Position numbers and translations under genes: made by a program
Notes under the pieces: model-generated
The model's database searches: none
What the model was told of the DNA's origin: nothing
What the model saw: only the letters and a program-made list of their open reading frames with translations
Part shown: positions 27,056 to 40,571 of the stretch, piece by piece
Layout of the letters: each line of letters begins with the position of its first letter
Numbering within the stretch: position 1 is the stretch's first letter
Assembly (NCBI GenBank): GCA_973895155.1
Contig: OZ316897.1
Span: 3,177,416-3,241,415, forward strand
Length of the DNA: 64,000 nucleotides
DNA from: Marsupella aquatica
Taxonomy: Eukaryota > Plantae > Marchantiophyta
Direction of reading: 5' to 3'

Positions 27056-27652
27056 AGTGGATGTTATACTCAAGAGATCTGTAAGAATACAACCTAAGGG
27101 AGATCTAGAAGTCAGGAATCTGTCAATTATCTGTTAAAATTGTCACTTTAGATACTTAATTAGGTAGTGGTGACTTATCTAATAGTTAGGTGTGCAACCA
27201 AACAAAAGTTTGAGTTAAATCGGGAGTTTAATAAAAGTTGCTCAGAGAAAAATAGTTTGTGAGAAGCTCATAGTTCAAAAATGAAGGCAAATTGTACACA
27301 TTTAATGTACATATACAATTATTTAAGTAGACAGTGATAAGTGGCTGCAGCGAGCGTATGCTTGTTGCGCAAATGCTCTTACATGAATAATACTTAGCAC
27401 CATATAGCATGTTCATCCTAATACATGCCTATTTTGACTTGTCCAAAAGCATTGAAACAATCATCATAAGAGTTCAGATGTGACTAGTTTATGAAAAACA
27501 AGTATTGAAAGAATAATTATAAGAAAGTTAATGAAAAAATTGAGAGAATAAATTCTAATTATACTTTGAGGCGTGTGCATTGATTTGAAGGTGCTATATG
27601 TACTCGTATAGGTCTGGGACTTTATGATTCAAAGAGAAGAGAGTGAACTCTA

Positions 27653-28313
27653 TGTTAAGCATGGACGACATTTGCAACTGCAAGCCCATGAACCATCCAA
27701 CATACAAGAGTCGACACAGAGAGATATGTGGTTCACCTCCACATGAGGTTACGTCCACGCCCGGGGTCCTCATCGCTTTTTTTCCAACCCATCACGCGCG
27801 AATAAGTATAGGGTTTTTTAATTGGGTTTAGTGAAATACTTTTAAATTTTTGTTTAAGAACATTAGGGTTATTTTAATCCAATTTTGAGAATTATAAGAA
27901 TCATAGGGATTTTTATTATCAAATATGGGAATATTCCATTAAGTTAGGGGTAAAAGAATTCCTAAAAAAAACTTTATTGACTTAACTTTTAGGGTGTTTA
28001 TTCCTCCAAAACTTTGAGCGTGATATGAGACACCCCTAACTTGGATTGAGGCCCCCGAGTGTCCACGAGAACACACAAGAGCTTTACTGCACTCTAGGCC
28101 GAACGGCCTACCCATACCAAGCATCCACAACACAAGCTCTCCCTATCCCTCAACTAGTTCCGTAACAATGAGCCTTAGTCCCCCCAAGGGCTGGCACTAG
28201 CCTTGGCAATATACACAACTTACAGCACTACCTCTAACATTAGCTAAGTCCTAACCCGAGTTATCCTAACTATGGTTAGCTCATGAGTCACAAGACTAGA
28301 GCAATATCTAACA
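27653..28313. mobile_element. Solo or degenerate Copia LTR of the same family as 34018-34456, interrupted by a TIR element
   Basis: TGTTAAGCATGGACGAC...CTAACA; internal similarity to the LTRs; TSD not clean (ctcta/ctact). Confidence 0.75.
27760..28059. mobile_element. Non-autonomous TIR element (~300-bp subfamily), 8-bp TSD
   Basis: CCCGGGGTCCTCA...TGAGGCCCCCGAG; TSD CGTCCACG/TGTCCACG; the LTR sequence resumes exactly after it. Confidence 0.88.
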
Positions 28314-28324
28314 CTACTGTCCTT

Positions 28325-28530
28325 TTCTAACTTTCTCCTCTATTTGGTGGGGCTCTCTATTTAGGCTAACTTTCTCCTTTAAAAATGTTCTCTTCGATTT
28401 GGTGGGGCTCTCTATTTAGGTTAACTTTCTCCTTTAAAAATGTTCTCTTCTATTTGGTTGGGCTCTCTATTTAGGTTAACTTTCTCCTTTAAAAATTTTC
28501 TCTTCTATTTGGTAGGGCTATCTATTTAGG
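28325..28530. repeat. ~58-bp tandem repeat, 3-4 units
   Basis: ctaactttctcctttaaaaatgttctcttctatttggtggggctctctatttagg repeated. Confidence 0.85.
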
Positions 28531-31500
28531 TGACACCTGTTGATCAATAAACCATGAACAATGTAAAGCTTTAAAACCAATGGCATATAACATACATCCA
28601 AAAAATGCACCGAGCTGTTGGATACGGCCAATTGGGATGATGTGTCCAAACAATATGACTTTCAATGCACAGATTGCGGATCTAGAGTGACTGCCCCAAA
28701 GCAACTCACAAAGGTTAGTCGTGTATTGCTTGCATTGCTGGAATACCAGTGGGGTATTGCTTGCATTGTCGGAGTACGAGTGGGGTAATAGTGGGGTAAT
28801 AATTGCATCGTCAGAATACCAGTGGGGTAACCGGTTAACAACAGTAAATACATTCACCCATCCAAACATTTGTGCAGGGTGACCCTCGAAACATTGCGCT
28901 CCTGGCACATTGGGATGGATTTCAGTCTGCTAAGACTGCCCACAAAAGCACATGGACTGTGGAGCTTCAAGTGATAAATGCCGGGGTACAATCAGGATTA
29001 CCACCCATTCCTGTTCTCTTCATCCCGCCCTGTGATGATGATGATGTAGGAAAAAAAAACTAAAATGCTTGGATGCTTTTTTAGAACCATTCATAAGAGA
29101 ACTTCAGCAGTTGTACGTGGATGGCATTTATGTGTATTACAATTACCCTGTGGAAATACTATATAATATCCTTGTACTGCTCGAGAAGAACAGTGTTGTA
29201 AGAGCAGTTCTTGTAGTTTTCACTGGAGATCATCCTGCCCAATGCAAATTTGGGGGCTGGGCTGTTACTGGTCATTTGGCATGTAGGAATTGTAAGATGA
29301 GCACTCGATGGAGAAAGTACAAACCCCACAATACAGGAACTGAGACTAACCAGTCACAACACCGAGGTCTTTTGGGAAGGGCTGTCTATGACAATAATAG
29401 AAGGCAGATGCGTTATCCTCCATGTACTAGAGACCCGGAAGAGGTGAGGGAGGGTGCCAGAAAAATCAGCAGGGCAGGAACAAACGCAGAAAGGGTGATG
29501 ATAAGCAGGGATTGCGGGATTTCATCAATGACAAGGGCTTGGAGACTACATGAGCTAACTGGATTTTGTTTGAGCAAGGACCTGGTGTACGATACAATGC
29601 ATATTCTTGCCTTGTGCCTTTTCAAAAAATATTGTGAACTTCTAATTAGCAGTATTCCCCGTGCTGACCAAAAAAAATTTGAAAATACCCTGGATGAAGT
29701 AACTGCTAGGAAACCGACAGGGTTTGATGGCAGGTGGCCAAAGGCACCATTCAAAAGATTGAGATATTTCAAGGCAAAAGAGTTCACAAGATTCGTATTG
29801 TATTGTGTGCCCCATATCCTCCATGAGATGGACATTAGTCTCCACTCTGAACTTGGGACACTTGGGGTTCTTTTGGTAGAGATTGCACGTCTGTTCTATA
29901 TCCAAAGTAGACAAGAGGGTTGGACTACTACAACAATCAGCAAAGGCCGGTCACTACTAGCATCTTGGAGGGTTCGCTCAGAAGATGCTTGGGGGCCCAA
30001 TGGAGCAATTCTAGAGCATGTTGCTGGTAAGGTTCCCCTTTGTTTTTATTCCATTTAGCTTCATATGAGAATGGGGTACCAATAATAAGGTTCAAATATT
30101 GCTCATATCCTTGTCTCTTCTCGATGATGATTTGTAGGGGGTGGTGAGATTTTTGATGGAATAGAAAGGCATGGCCCACACTATGTTTATTGGTGCTACC
30201 GCTTCGAACGAATGGTGTCAGACTATGGACGCACTCGCACCAATCAAAAGGACCAAGAAATAACGTTCTCCCTTCATTTTGCAAGACATTTTTTCACAAA
30301 AATATCGTCAGTTATTTGGGAAGATGACTATGGACTTTTCCCTCATCAAAGAGCTTTGTCAAAAGTACATGACTCTCTGCGTGTGACTGTGGATCATCGC
30401 AAAGAGCACAAGTCAAGAGACACCTGGGTGTTTGAATGCCCAGAGTGGCACGAAAATGTGTCCATAGTTTCCAGTCAATTGTTGGGCTTAGAATTGTGGG
30501 AGGGTATGTTGTGCTCTGTGGAGTCATATGGTTGCAAGCAAAGGGGTGGGCATAGGCTCAAACAGGAATCTGACCCAGATATTGGGGCTGTCCGCCAAAC
30601 TCTCCTTAAAGCAACTTTGGACAAGTGCTGGAGTATTTAACCACATGTCTGTTGATGACAACGTCAGTGAAAAATGCACTCCATTGCGATCAGTCGTGTG
30701 GAAAGTAGAAGTTTACAGGCCTGGTGATCACGTAGTTGTACTGGTAGATGGGAGTACGGATACTTCACATCCTCAAAATTGGAAAGCTGTCATCCACAAA
30801 CTTTTCATGCACGAATTTGGAGGCCACATGGATATATTCTTTGAGGTTGATTGGTACAAACAGCGATACGAACAGGATCCAAGACGACATGTAGTGTCTT
30901 GGGAACGAGATGAGTATTCCCAGTTTACTATTTTGGAACCTAAATTATCCCACGCACATGGCAACAACTGTAGACAGATAGATCAAGAATTCTACACAAG
31001 TTCTTCCCAATTAGAAGAGGCGATGTGGCTGGTGGAGGGGGGAGGGAAATAGTGGCCTTAGAGATTGGAGATATGCTACTTCGAGAACTCCCGACAACTA
31101 TTGCCAACTGCCCACCTTTCCCAGAGGTAGGAGATATAATGAGTGCATTTACGGACGACTCTGCGTTGGATCTTGGGGGGGTCACTTCCACAAATGTTGA
31201 CATCATGTGCAAACGAAGTAAGGGGCATTTTATTCATTTTAGGGAAGTACTTAGAAGTAGCGAGGAAGTAAGTAAGGGGGTAACAATTCAAAAAGTGCCA
31301 CTTGTCATCACATGATTCATTGCTTGCCACGTGTCAATAAATGATTGATGGGTTTTTTGAGCTTCCTATTCCTTTTTGAGAGAGTGATTAAATAGGGGCG
31401 TTCGCACATGGTATACAACAATTTCATAAGGTGAACCCCCCGAGCGTTGGATGTCGATTTATTCCCTGAACTTTGTGTAGTGAGGGAGGTCATCATGCCC

Positions 31501-31797
31501 AGGCATGACACAAGGGCGGAAGATGATGCAACAGTATTGGACGATGCGTCTGACGGGAAGGAATCAGGGCTGGAAGATACAAACAAGACTCCCAATGCAG
31601 ACAGGTCTGAGAAGGACCTGGGAAAAGTTGGTGTGACCTGGCTGATGGTAGTGGGTTCTCGGTCAAACTGTCTTGTGTACAAAGCAAATACCCAAATTGT
31701 CGAACAAATTGGGTTTGAAAGATTAGTCGCATTGAAGGGTGAATTTCGCACCATTGCAACTACCAACGGTATATCTACACGGTGGCATACAGTGTAG
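28530..31797 (+). pseudogene. En/Spm (CACTA/CMC)-like Tnp2 transposase, spliced, degenerate and probably 5'-truncated
   Basis: DPRNIALLAHWDGFQ (cf. PRNxxL..DGF), LDAFLEPFIRELQQL, VFTGDHPAQCKFGG..ACRNC, YDTMH, KA.EF.RF motifs. GT-AG introns at ~28714-28878 and ~30027-30137. Frameshifts between ORF segments. Confidence 0.8.
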
Positions 31798-32540
31798 ATT
31801 GTGACCACGGTTGTACGTTGCGGTAGTGAAACCGTTGGGGACGGTGTGAGTTATGTTGTTTGAGTGGGGTACGTTGGGTAATGAGGGGTATGCAGGATGC
31901 CTACGAAGTATATAGCTATGATTCAGATGGACAACTACGATTATGCAAAAAGTGAATCAACGGTCAATAATGTGTCTGAGAATGGGCGGATGATGAGGTT
32001 TGGGAGTGAAATGATTGTATGAGCGTGAGGAAAGTATGCTTAGGGGCTACGGGGCTATGTTTAGGGTAATGATCAGTCACTTTCAGGGGAGTGTAATGGT
32101 GACGGCACACACGGGGCTTTGCGGGAGTGATTACTGCAGCCCGTAAGGTCATTGTTGGTCGTGATGAAACGTTGGCGCACAGAGGATACATGTTTACAAT
32201 ACATATGAAGAAAGGAAGGCTTGCTACATTTCATTGTGGAGTTTCCTGCAGTTTCCAGTAGTGATGTGTAATCCATTTCCGCAATACTTACGACCTGCCT
32301 TCTCCTGCAGACATTCCTGACCAGTTGATTCCTTTTTATAGCTTTAGTGTAGCCCCCTTACTTTCATTTTGTGTAGCATGACATAGGGTACAAGAGGTGT
32401 GACATTGGGTTTGTTTTTGTAGCATCTTCTGCAGAGAGAGTCCTTATCTCCAATCCACATTGCTCCCACTTACTTTCATTTTGAGCAACATGACATAGGG
32501 TACGAGAGGGTGGCATTGGGTATGAGAGGGGTACCTATTA

Positions 32541-34017
32541 GTGACAGTGGTGAAAAGTCTAATGGTGACTAGCAGTCGCCCTACAGGTCGAGGACATATA
32601 GCGACAAGCAATCGCCCTAGTGGTCGACACCCAATTGCGACAGGAAGTCGCCTTGCAAGTCGACCCCCAATGGCGACAAGAAGTTGCCCTGCACCAATGG
32701 CGACAAGAAGTCGTGCACACAGTGCTGGTCATCTGGCGCAAACTTCAAACCTCATGCAGACAGCTAAGGACGTCGAAGATAGTGAGCACTTCTCACTAAT
32801 GTTATTTTGAACATTGCAGTTGTTTGCTTATAATGTTGGGATTCTGATTCATGCTTTGTTTTTATAGAGGAGACGCAGACGATATGGAAGTCCTTTACTA
32901 GGACACAAATACAGAATGTACTGGAGATGGCGCCATCCAAACATAAATTGGTAAAATTGGCGGGTCTCATGAATACCCTGGAGCTTGATTGGCCACCAGC
33001 AGCAATTCCAACTGTGAAGGATTTTGCCATGGGGTACGATGGCCACCTCAACACAGTTCACTTTCGGGGTGTTGTTCTCAATATTCACAAGGATGTAATT
33101 TGACAGGCGTTCAGTCTCCCCACGGGAAATTTTGCAGAATTATCGATTGAGTGGGTAGATGGTCAAATTGATTCAATCTTTACAAAATGAGTTGCAGGAA
33201 ACCCATACACCATTGCACATTTCAGCTCACCCTTCATCGATTGGTGTGGGATTATCAGGGTGCTGAATTCCTTGCTTTTATGCAAGCGCAAACCCAATCA
33301 GGTGAACGCAAGGCAGATGTGGGTGTATTGGGCATATTGGTGGAATGAAATTGCAGAGTGTGATCGATTTGAAGGTGCTACGACTCCAATTGTGAAGCCG
33401 GATTGGGCGGAATTGATTTTTGAGGAATTAGGAGCAGAAATTCTCAATTTACAGAGGCACCTATTGAGGAAAGGTAAAGTGGATAAATGGCAACCGGTGT
33501 ATTGTGGAACTGCAATTACCAAATTGCTTCTACATCATGGGTATTTCTTGATGCACGATTGGGACGATGGTGAATTGGAAATGCCAGAGGGCAGGGACGA
33601 TGAAGAGCAGCACGTACATGGTGAGGAGCAGGATGTTCCAATGGTGCGCAGAGTGTACCCGATGATGAGCAGCATGCTGCATAGGAATGTGATGATGGTG
33701 TGTAGAGAGCACCCGATGATGAGCAGCATGCTGTGCAGGGATGTGATGATCGTGAGCAGAGATCACCTGATGGTGAGCAGCATGCTACGCAGGAATGTGA
33801 CAATGGTGCGCATAGATCACCCGTTGGGGAGAAAAAATCTTTAAGAGGTCAGGAAGAATTGACTGATGGTGACTGGACAACCCCTCTTGCGGCAAAGTGC
33901 TTGCAAATTCACAACTTGGAAGTTGATGTTGCAAAGAAACGCAAGACCATAGATGAACTAGTGGAGAGTTACAAATGTCTAAAACATGTTCTGGAACGTC
34001 ATGTGTGTGGTCATAAG
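32541..34017 (+). pseudogene. 5' half of the cargo gene: plant-mobile-domain/transposon-protein-like region plus acidic 57-bp repeats
   Basis: The exon from the AG at 32866-32867 reads ...TVKDFAMGYDGHLNTVHFRGVVLNIHKDVI*QAFSLPTG...LLLCKRKP...PDWAELIFEELGAEI...YCGTAITKLL, with TGA at 33101 and 33188. It then shifts frame into DDEQH repeats. The domain call is by resemblance only. Confidence 0.55.
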
Positions 34018-34276
34018 TGTTGAGCATAGACGACGATCGCAACGGCAAGCCCATGAACCATCCAACGCACAATAGTCGACACAAGAGATACGTGGTTCAC
34101 CTCCTTGAGGCTACGTCCACGAGAACACACAAGAGAGCTTTACTGAACTCTAAGCTCGTCGGCTATACCGAGTCTCCACAGTGTAAGCTCTCCCTATCTC
34201 TCAAGTGGCTCCATAACAATGAGCCTTGGTCCTTCCTCTCCAAGCACACATGCCTCTTATGATATAGTGTGCAACT

Positions 34277-34419
34277 TAGTTGTACCTAACCACATAGTTG
34301 TACCTAATCACGTAGTTGTACCTAACCACATAGTTGTACCTAATCACGTAGTTGTACCTAACCACATAGTTGTACCTAATCACGTAGTTGTACCAACCCA
34401 CGTTGTTGTACCAACCACG
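34277..34419. repeat. 18-bp tandem array inside the Copia 2 LTR (8 units; 9 units in the other LTR at ~40368-40530)
   Basis: TAGTTGTACCTAA(C/T)CAC(A/G), with alternating variants forming a 36-bp higher-order period. Confidence 0.95.
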
Positions 34420-34647
34420 TCATACCTAACCTAGACGTAAGAGTAAATACCCAACAATCTTCCCCTTGACTCTGGTCTAGGGGAGAGTAATACTGCCAAT
34501 GTATATGATCCCTCAGCGGGAAGTTCTGGACAGAAACCAAACCGGTTTCCCTCTCTAACTAGAGCAAACCAGAACTAAGCCGTAGCCTAATACATAGGAA
34601 TGAGGAAGAGCATATATCAGTAATTACAATGAATGTTTAAGAAAACT

Positions 34648-37600
34648 CTACTTGTGATGCAATTGCAAAACCTGCAATACGTCATGGTGTCTAGAGAAAC
34701 TCTCCAAAGGAATCACTTTGGTAAATGCGTCAGCCGGGTTGAGTTTACCATCAATCTTGACTAGCTCAAACAAATTATCAGACACAGCCTGCCTGATAAA
34801 ATGGTACCTGACGTCAATGTGCTTCACTCTGTTGTCCATCACCTGGTTCACAGCAAGGTGGAGCGCACTTTGACTATCACAATGGAGCTTCACATTCCCC
34901 TGTGGCAATCCCATTTCAGTGATAAGTCTATCCAACCAAATCGCTTCCTTTGCTGCTTCCGCAGCTGCAACATACTCCGCTTCTGTAGTAGACTGAGCAA
35001 TACACTTCTGCAAAGTAGACCTCCAACTTATGCATCCATCGCCAAGTGTGAACACGTATCCTGTTGTTGATCTCCTTCGGTCCAAATCTTGTCCATAGTC
35101 AGAATCTACATAGCCAATCAATGATCTAGCATTCTTTGCATTCGCATCAAATAAAAGACCATGATCCACGGTACCCTTCAAGTACCTGATAATCCACTTC
35201 ACTGCTTCCAAGTGTACCTTCCCTGGATTCGACATGTACCTGCTCACCTTGCCCATAGCCATGGCAAGATCAGGTCTAGTGCAAGTCATCAAATACATGA
35301 GACTCCCCACTGCCTTGTCATACGGAACCTTTGACATCAACCCCTTCTCTGTGTCATCCGTAGGACAGAACGCTGATGATAACTTGAAGTGTGGAGCCAA
35401 CGGGGTACTTACTGGCTTGCTATTCTCCATGTTGAACCTTGCAATTACCTTCCTCGCATAACTGCTCTGCATCAACCATAGCTTGCCAGCCTCCAAGTCC
35501 CTAGTGATCTCCATACCCAAAATCCTCTTAGCTGGCCCTAAGTCCTTCATCTTAAACTCTGCACTAAGCAGTGCCTTGAGCTTAACAATCTCAGACCTAT
35601 CCTTGGCTGCAATTAGCATGTCATCCACATAAAGTACTAAAACAATGAACCCAAAGACAACATTCTTCACCGGTTTCAAATACACACAAGGGTCAAATAC
35701 ACTTCTGTGAAAACCTTGTGACCGAATCCAATCGTCAAACCGCTTGTTCCACTGTCTTGGTGACTGCTTCAACCCATACAAGGATTTCAGCAATCTGCAA
35801 ACCAATTCCTCCTGTCCTCTCTTCACAAAACCTAGCGGTTGTCTCATGAAGATCACCTCTTCCAATGTGCCATAGAGGAAAGCTGTGACAATATCCATCT
35901 GATCTAGGAGCAGACCAAACATTACAACAAGTACACACAATAGTCGTATTGTAGAGTACTTAGCAACTGGTGAGAAGATCTCATTGTAATCCACACCTTT
36001 CTCTTGTGTGAATCCCTTTGCTACCAATCTAGCCTTGTAGACCTTCGATCCACCTCCTATGGAATTATCCTTCAGCTTGTAAATCCACTTGCTGTCCACC
36101 ACTTGCTGACCCTTAGGCAGCTTAACAAGCTCCCAAGTTTTGTTGTCCTTTAGTGACTGCATCTCCGTTTGCATTGCTGCAGTCCACTTCTGCTTCTCTT
36201 TGGAAGCACTTGCCTCATGAAATGAAGAAGGTTCTCCTTCTTCCAAAATTAACGCATCACCCTCATCATCAGCTATAAAATCATCCTCTTGCAGTTGAGA
36301 TGAATCAACCCACTGTCCATACCTTGATGGAGCGCGTACAGTGCGACCAGATGTTCTTCTAGCCGATGACTCCGGTTGATTTGCGTGTGCTGGTACAATT
36401 TGAAGCTCAACAGCATCCACTTGTTGCTCACCAGCATCAACAAACTCCTCTGGTTCCTCTGGCACAGGAACCAGCTCCATAATTGGAGCAACTCCTTCTC
36501 TCCGGTCATGCACCTCATAACCAATCTCCCCCTCAACGAGATCCGGGATAGGAGATTTTCCTTTGTCAGTACGGGAGACCTGAGTATTCTCCCCCTCCTT
36601 CAATAATCTGGATTCATTGAAGGAAACATCCCTACTGACAACGAGCTTACAGGCAATAGGATCCCATAGCCTATAGGCTTTCACACCACTCTGGTACCCA
36701 AGAAAAACACATTTCCTGGAGGTAGGATCCAACTTGGTCCTATTCTGCTTTGGTGTGAGAGCATATGCATCACTTCCAAAAATTACCAAGCCATGATAGT
36801 CTGCTTGCCGCTTATAGCGCATCTCAAACGGCGTTTTGAAATTGATAGCACTAGAAGGAGAAAGATTTACCAAATAAGCTGCGGTATTGACAGCTTCTGC
36901 CCAAAATTCTTGTGGTAAACCTGATTGGCTCAACATACTCCGTGACCGCTCCAACAGTGTCCGATTGAGCCTCTCAGCGACACCATTCTGCTGCGGAGTA
37001 TAAACTGTGGTGAGATGGCGAGTTATCCCCTGTTCTGAACAGTACTCTTCAAATTCCATTGAAGTGTACTCCCCGCCGTTGTCTGACCTCAGACTCTTCA
37101 CCCTTGTATCCAAACACTTGATCGTGTTTCCAGTTTGATTCTCCACCTGGGCCTTCCACTTCTTAAAAATGGACAAGACATCAGACTTATGCGTCATGAA
37201 ATAAATCCACACAAATCTTGAGTAATCATCAATAAATGATACATAGTACAACTTTCCAGAGTGTGAGGGAGTCGGGGATGGACCCCACACGTCACTATGT
37301 ATGTACTCAAGAACCGCTTTGGAACGATGAGTTCCAACACCAAAAGCACGACGATGCTGCTTTCCAAGAATGCAATGCTCACAAAACTCTAATTTACAAG
37401 ATTGCAAATCAGAAATGAGTCCATTCTTCCGTAAGATAGCCAAACCCTTCTCACTCATGTGGCCTAGCCGTGAATGCCACAGTTGAGTCATCTCCTCGTG
37501 AGACTTGGTTACATTGGCCTCTCCACATACAGTATTGCCCTGTAACACATACAAATTCTTTTGTCTACTCCCCTTCAAAATCACTGTCTCTCCCGACCTG

Positions 37601-38955
37601 ACTTGAAGTTCACCATCAATAACGCTCCATTGATGACCATTTGAATCCAACACACCGAGTGAAATCAGATTCTTACGCATGCCAGGTACATACCTGACTC
37701 CGGATACTGTGCGCACAGCGCCATCAAACATTTGAATCTTCACAGACCCAATTCCCTCAATTTGACAGGAGTGATCATTTCCCATCAGAACTGAACCGTT
37801 TGAAACAGAGTAAGAACTGAAAAACTCACGAATGTAACAAATATGAAAAGAGCAAGCACAATCAAGAATCCACACATCATCTGCTCTCCTAGATGACGTG
37901 CACAGGGCATACCCCCGGCTTCATAAAACATACTCATCATTGAATAAATCAGCTTCTTCATCAGCCCTAGCCACATTTGCCGATGAAGTTTCCGCTGCCT
38001 TTCCCTTACAGTCTCGCTTGAAGTGTCCAACTTGGTTGCACTTCCAACATGTCACCTGCCTCCTCTGAGGGGATTTACCCTTGGACTTAGATCTGGATTT
38101 AGATCTAAACTGGGTTCTACGGTCCCCAGTTGGTCGCTGCATACTCCTCCCACGGTTAACATTGAGGGCAGCACCAGATGATGAAGGCTGTGACGTGATG
38201 TGCATCTTCTGCTGAAGATCATCACTAAGCAGAGAACTTACCACGTCATTGTATGAAATGGTATCCCTATCACGATGCAACAACACTCGTGATAGGGACT
38301 GGTAAGATGGAGGCAATGAACTAAGAAGCTGCAGAGCCTTCGTCTCATCATTCAAAGTCTCCCCAAGGTTTTCCAAGTCAACGACCATGTCGTTGAAAGC
38401 ATCCACATGGTCTTGCAACTTCGTACCAGATTCCTTCATCCTGAAACTCATCAATTTGTAGGAAGTGTAGAGCCGGTTTGACAACTCCTTGCGGTGACAC
38501 TTGCTCTGCAATTCCGCAAACAAGGACATGCAATCCTTATGTGCACCTAACTGCTTGATGATGGGAGGCATGAGATAGAGTGTAACACACCACACTCCCT
38601 GCTCCTGCATGCGGTCTCATTGTTTCTCATCAACATCGTCTTCACGAGGGCTCAGCAGTTGGCCCATCCTTGACGCATAAAGCACTCCCTTCACCTGCTT
38701 CTCCCATAGCAAGTAGTCAGAGCGCCCATCATACTTTGTCACTTCATACTTGGGTCCCCCAAGCTTGAAAGTCCCCATCTTCTTCTTTACCGTGAGCTCC
38801 GGTAGTAGTACTGCTTCCTCCACCACACGCCGCACCGGTGATGGTATCGGTGTCACGTGCTCTTCCTCTTGCTCCTCTCTCTGCCCCTGAAACCTCCGCG
38901 GTGATCCTCGTGCTTCAAGTTCCACGTCTTCGAAAAACTCCTCCGAATCACTCAT
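34648..38955 (-). pseudogene. Copia 2 gag-pol, a single reading frame with two in-frame TGA stops (38617, 37921); pol (1075 aa) uninterrupted
   Basis: CWKCNQVGHFKRDC knuckle, WILDCACSFH protease, integrase, YVDDML RT and RNaseH motifs. All three ORF-track segments are in the same frame. Confidence 0.95.
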
Positions 38956-40571
38956 ATGAGAAAGTCACAAAAAATGTTGTTTTTCACAACTTCTCAAAAA
39001 ACTCGAAACTCAACACCGCCGCGTAGCCCACAAAGCTAGGAGTCCAATACTGAAAACCAAAATCAAAATCGAAATTTGACGGAAAAGTTATTCAAATTTC
39101 GGTCGAGGTGGGTAAAACCTTGGGAAACTCTCCCGTTTTGACCACCTCAGGGAATAACCGAAATACCAAGTACAACCCGTTGTCGGAATTGCGATGTGAT
39201 TGGTGCGCTGCATTGCCAACTTCAATGGCTACGACCTCGCCAAAAAATAACCAAAAAAGTTACCGTTCGGCGGATGAAATCTTTGTCGGACGGTCAAAAA
39301 ATAGCTCTCTGGTTTTTTGGAATATTCTATGACCCTTGTACAGGCCCTGTGGGAATTTTGGAAGAACAATCGAGGGGCTGACATGTGTCCTCGAACCCCC
39401 AAAACCCCCTACCACCCTTCGTCGTTGAAATCTGGTCGCGCGCGCAGAAAATACACACGGCAGAATGTACCCCTCGACACCAAACACAAGATATCTCACT
39501 CGGGTTTTGACGAAATCAAGATCCGATTTCAGATTTGGAAACTAAACTCCGAGGCGATGAAGATCGATATAAAAAGCACCCAAAACGAGGAAAGAACGAG
39601 GGAGAAAAAAATTGGTAAAGATGACAGATTTCTCTCAATTGCCATAGCCAATTTCGAATCAGTTTTTCAAAGAGAAAAAAATGGTACCTTGTCAACAACG
39701 AATGTTGATCAATTGCACTTGGTGCCGTCACCAAGTCCAACAAGGTAATTGATTTTGCTTAGCCTTCCTCTTTGCATCAAAGAGCCAATCCCGGACTCAA
39801 AAACAATCGTCTTGCCTCAATCTCTCCGTTGAGTCAAAACACTTGACGCTTCTCCCTCCGAGTCGATTGCCAACTTTCTTCACAAAATCCAGAACGACAA
39901 AAACTTAGATCTCTCTGCACCACGAGCTCCGTTCAACGATTTCTTCACACCGTTAGAAAGCTCTTGCCCTGATCTATCCGTTGAGCCCATAAACTCCAAG
40001 TTCCATGCGATGGAACTCTGGAAAATCCACCAACACTCAACGCTGGAAAAACCGTCATGAAATCCCATCACGAACACACGTCACCTCCCAAGCATGCTCT
40101 GATACCAATTGTTGAGCATAGACGACGATCGCAACGGCAAGCCCATGAACCATCCAACGCACAATAGTCGACACAAGAGATACGTGGTTCACCTCCTTGA
40201 GGCTACGTCCACGGGAACACACAAGAGAGCTTTACTGAACTCTAAGCCCGTCGGCTATACCGAGTCTCCACAGTGTAAGCTCTCCCTATCTCTCAAGTGG
40301 CTCCATAATAATGAGCCTTGGTCCTTCCTCTCCAAGCACACATGCCTCTTATGATATAGTGTGCAACTTAGTTGTACCTAACCACATAGTTGTACCTAAT
40401 CACGTAGTTGTACCTAACCACATAGTTGTACCTAATCACGTAGTTGTACCTAACCACATAGTTGTACCTAATCACGTAGTTGTACCTAACCACGCAGTTG
40501 TACCAACCCACGTTGTTGTACCAACCACGTCATACCTAACCTAGACGTAAGAGTAAATACCCAACAATAAG

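Larger units (their letters stand above)
34018..40566 (-). mobile_element. Full-length young Ty1/Copia LTR retrotransposon 2
   Basis: LTRs 34018-34456 (439 bp) and 40110-40566 (457 bp) differ by 3 substitutions plus one 18-bp unit; perfect TSD ATAAG; PBS TGGTATCAGAGC at 40096-40107; PPT TCAAGGGGAAGA next to the 3' LTR. Confidence 0.98.

Noticed and set aside
28312-28320. CACTACTG as the left CACTA terminus
   Set aside because: It overlaps the terminal CA of the solo LTR, no matching right TIR/TSD was found, and the transposase seems to lack its N-terminus.
34219-34434. VVPNH-repeat ORFs (also 40311-40544)
   Set aside because: These are translations of the 18-bp LTR array, not genes.
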